DNA from: Vicinamibacterales bacterium
Lineage (GTDB): Bacteria; Acidobacteriota; Vicinamibacteria; Vicinamibacterales; 2-12-FULL-66-21
Direction of reading: 5' to 3'
DNA: 64,000 nt
Assembly (NCBI GenBank): GCA_036278735.1
Contig: DASUKM010000055.1
Location: 64,683 to 128,682, forward strand
Shown here: in pieces, positions 63,875 through 64,000 of the stretch
Layout of the letters: every line of letters starts with the position of its first letter
How positions within the stretch are numbered: position 1 is the stretch's first letter
Position numbers and translations under genes: made by a program
Notes under the pieces: generated by a model
Database searches by the model: none
Told to the model about the DNA's origin: nothing
What the model saw: only the letters and a program-made list of their open reading frames with translations

Positions 63875-64000
63875 TTGGCAACTGTTCGGATCTACAAAGT
63901 CGCGGAACTGCTCGACACGACGAGCCAGGAAGTCATCGCGCTGCTGAAACGCGAGCACGGCATCGAGGTGAAGAGCGCCTCGAGCACGATCGAAGAGGTC
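63875..64000 (+). CDS. infB: Translation initiation factor IF-2, N-terminus (truncated by window end)
   Basis: GAGGT SD then TTG; MATVRIYKVAELL...GIEVKSASSTIEE matches the IF-2 N-terminal domain; follows nusA. Not in the ORF track. Confidence 0.88.
   Translation, partial: MATVRIYKVAELLDTTSQEVIALLKREHGIEVKSASSTIEEV

Noticed and set aside
1..64000. tRNA, rRNA, prophage, reverse transcriptase/DGR or recognisable defence genes
   Set aside because: No such motifs recognised by eye; the enzyme behind the heptamer arrays or REPs, if any, is not evident in this window. tRNAscan-SE and Rfam searches were not run.

Overview
GC-rich (roughly 70% by eye) bacterial chromosome segment with about 45 CDS and no rRNA, tRNA, CRISPR, prophage or transposase that I can see. 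An acidobacterial-type duplicated ABC permease (ADOP-like), an acidobacterial-type VWA protein and RGG-rich secreted peptidases suggest Acidobacteriota, probably Vicinamibacteria (inference). Content: many peptidases (two S9, M28, S58/DmpA, M24, T2 asparaginase, DegP); an 11 kb minus-strand operon (membrane VWA/GATase-like, caspase-fold protein, MoxR, DUF58, BatA-VWA, giant coiled-coil protein); an SSS symporter; a Tat-exported IorAB-type molybdoenzyme; udk, dut and an Rcl/DNPH1-like hydrolase; an RND pump; glgP; CYTH-murU-amgK; asnS, rimO and rimP-nusA-infB with a rimP leader terminator. The most striking unexplained structure is about a dozen intergenic 7-nt-period arrays from at least five unrelated unit families. 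They usually start exactly at a stop codon in a family-specific sense orientation and appear as the reverse complement before the next start, forming inverted arms. Also present: covarying GTAG-type REP hairpins, a 146-nt structured element, three sigma54-type sites, one sigmaE-type site, many apparently leaderless genes, and a rimP with no canonical start codon after its leader. All product calls come from motif recognition, not database searches.
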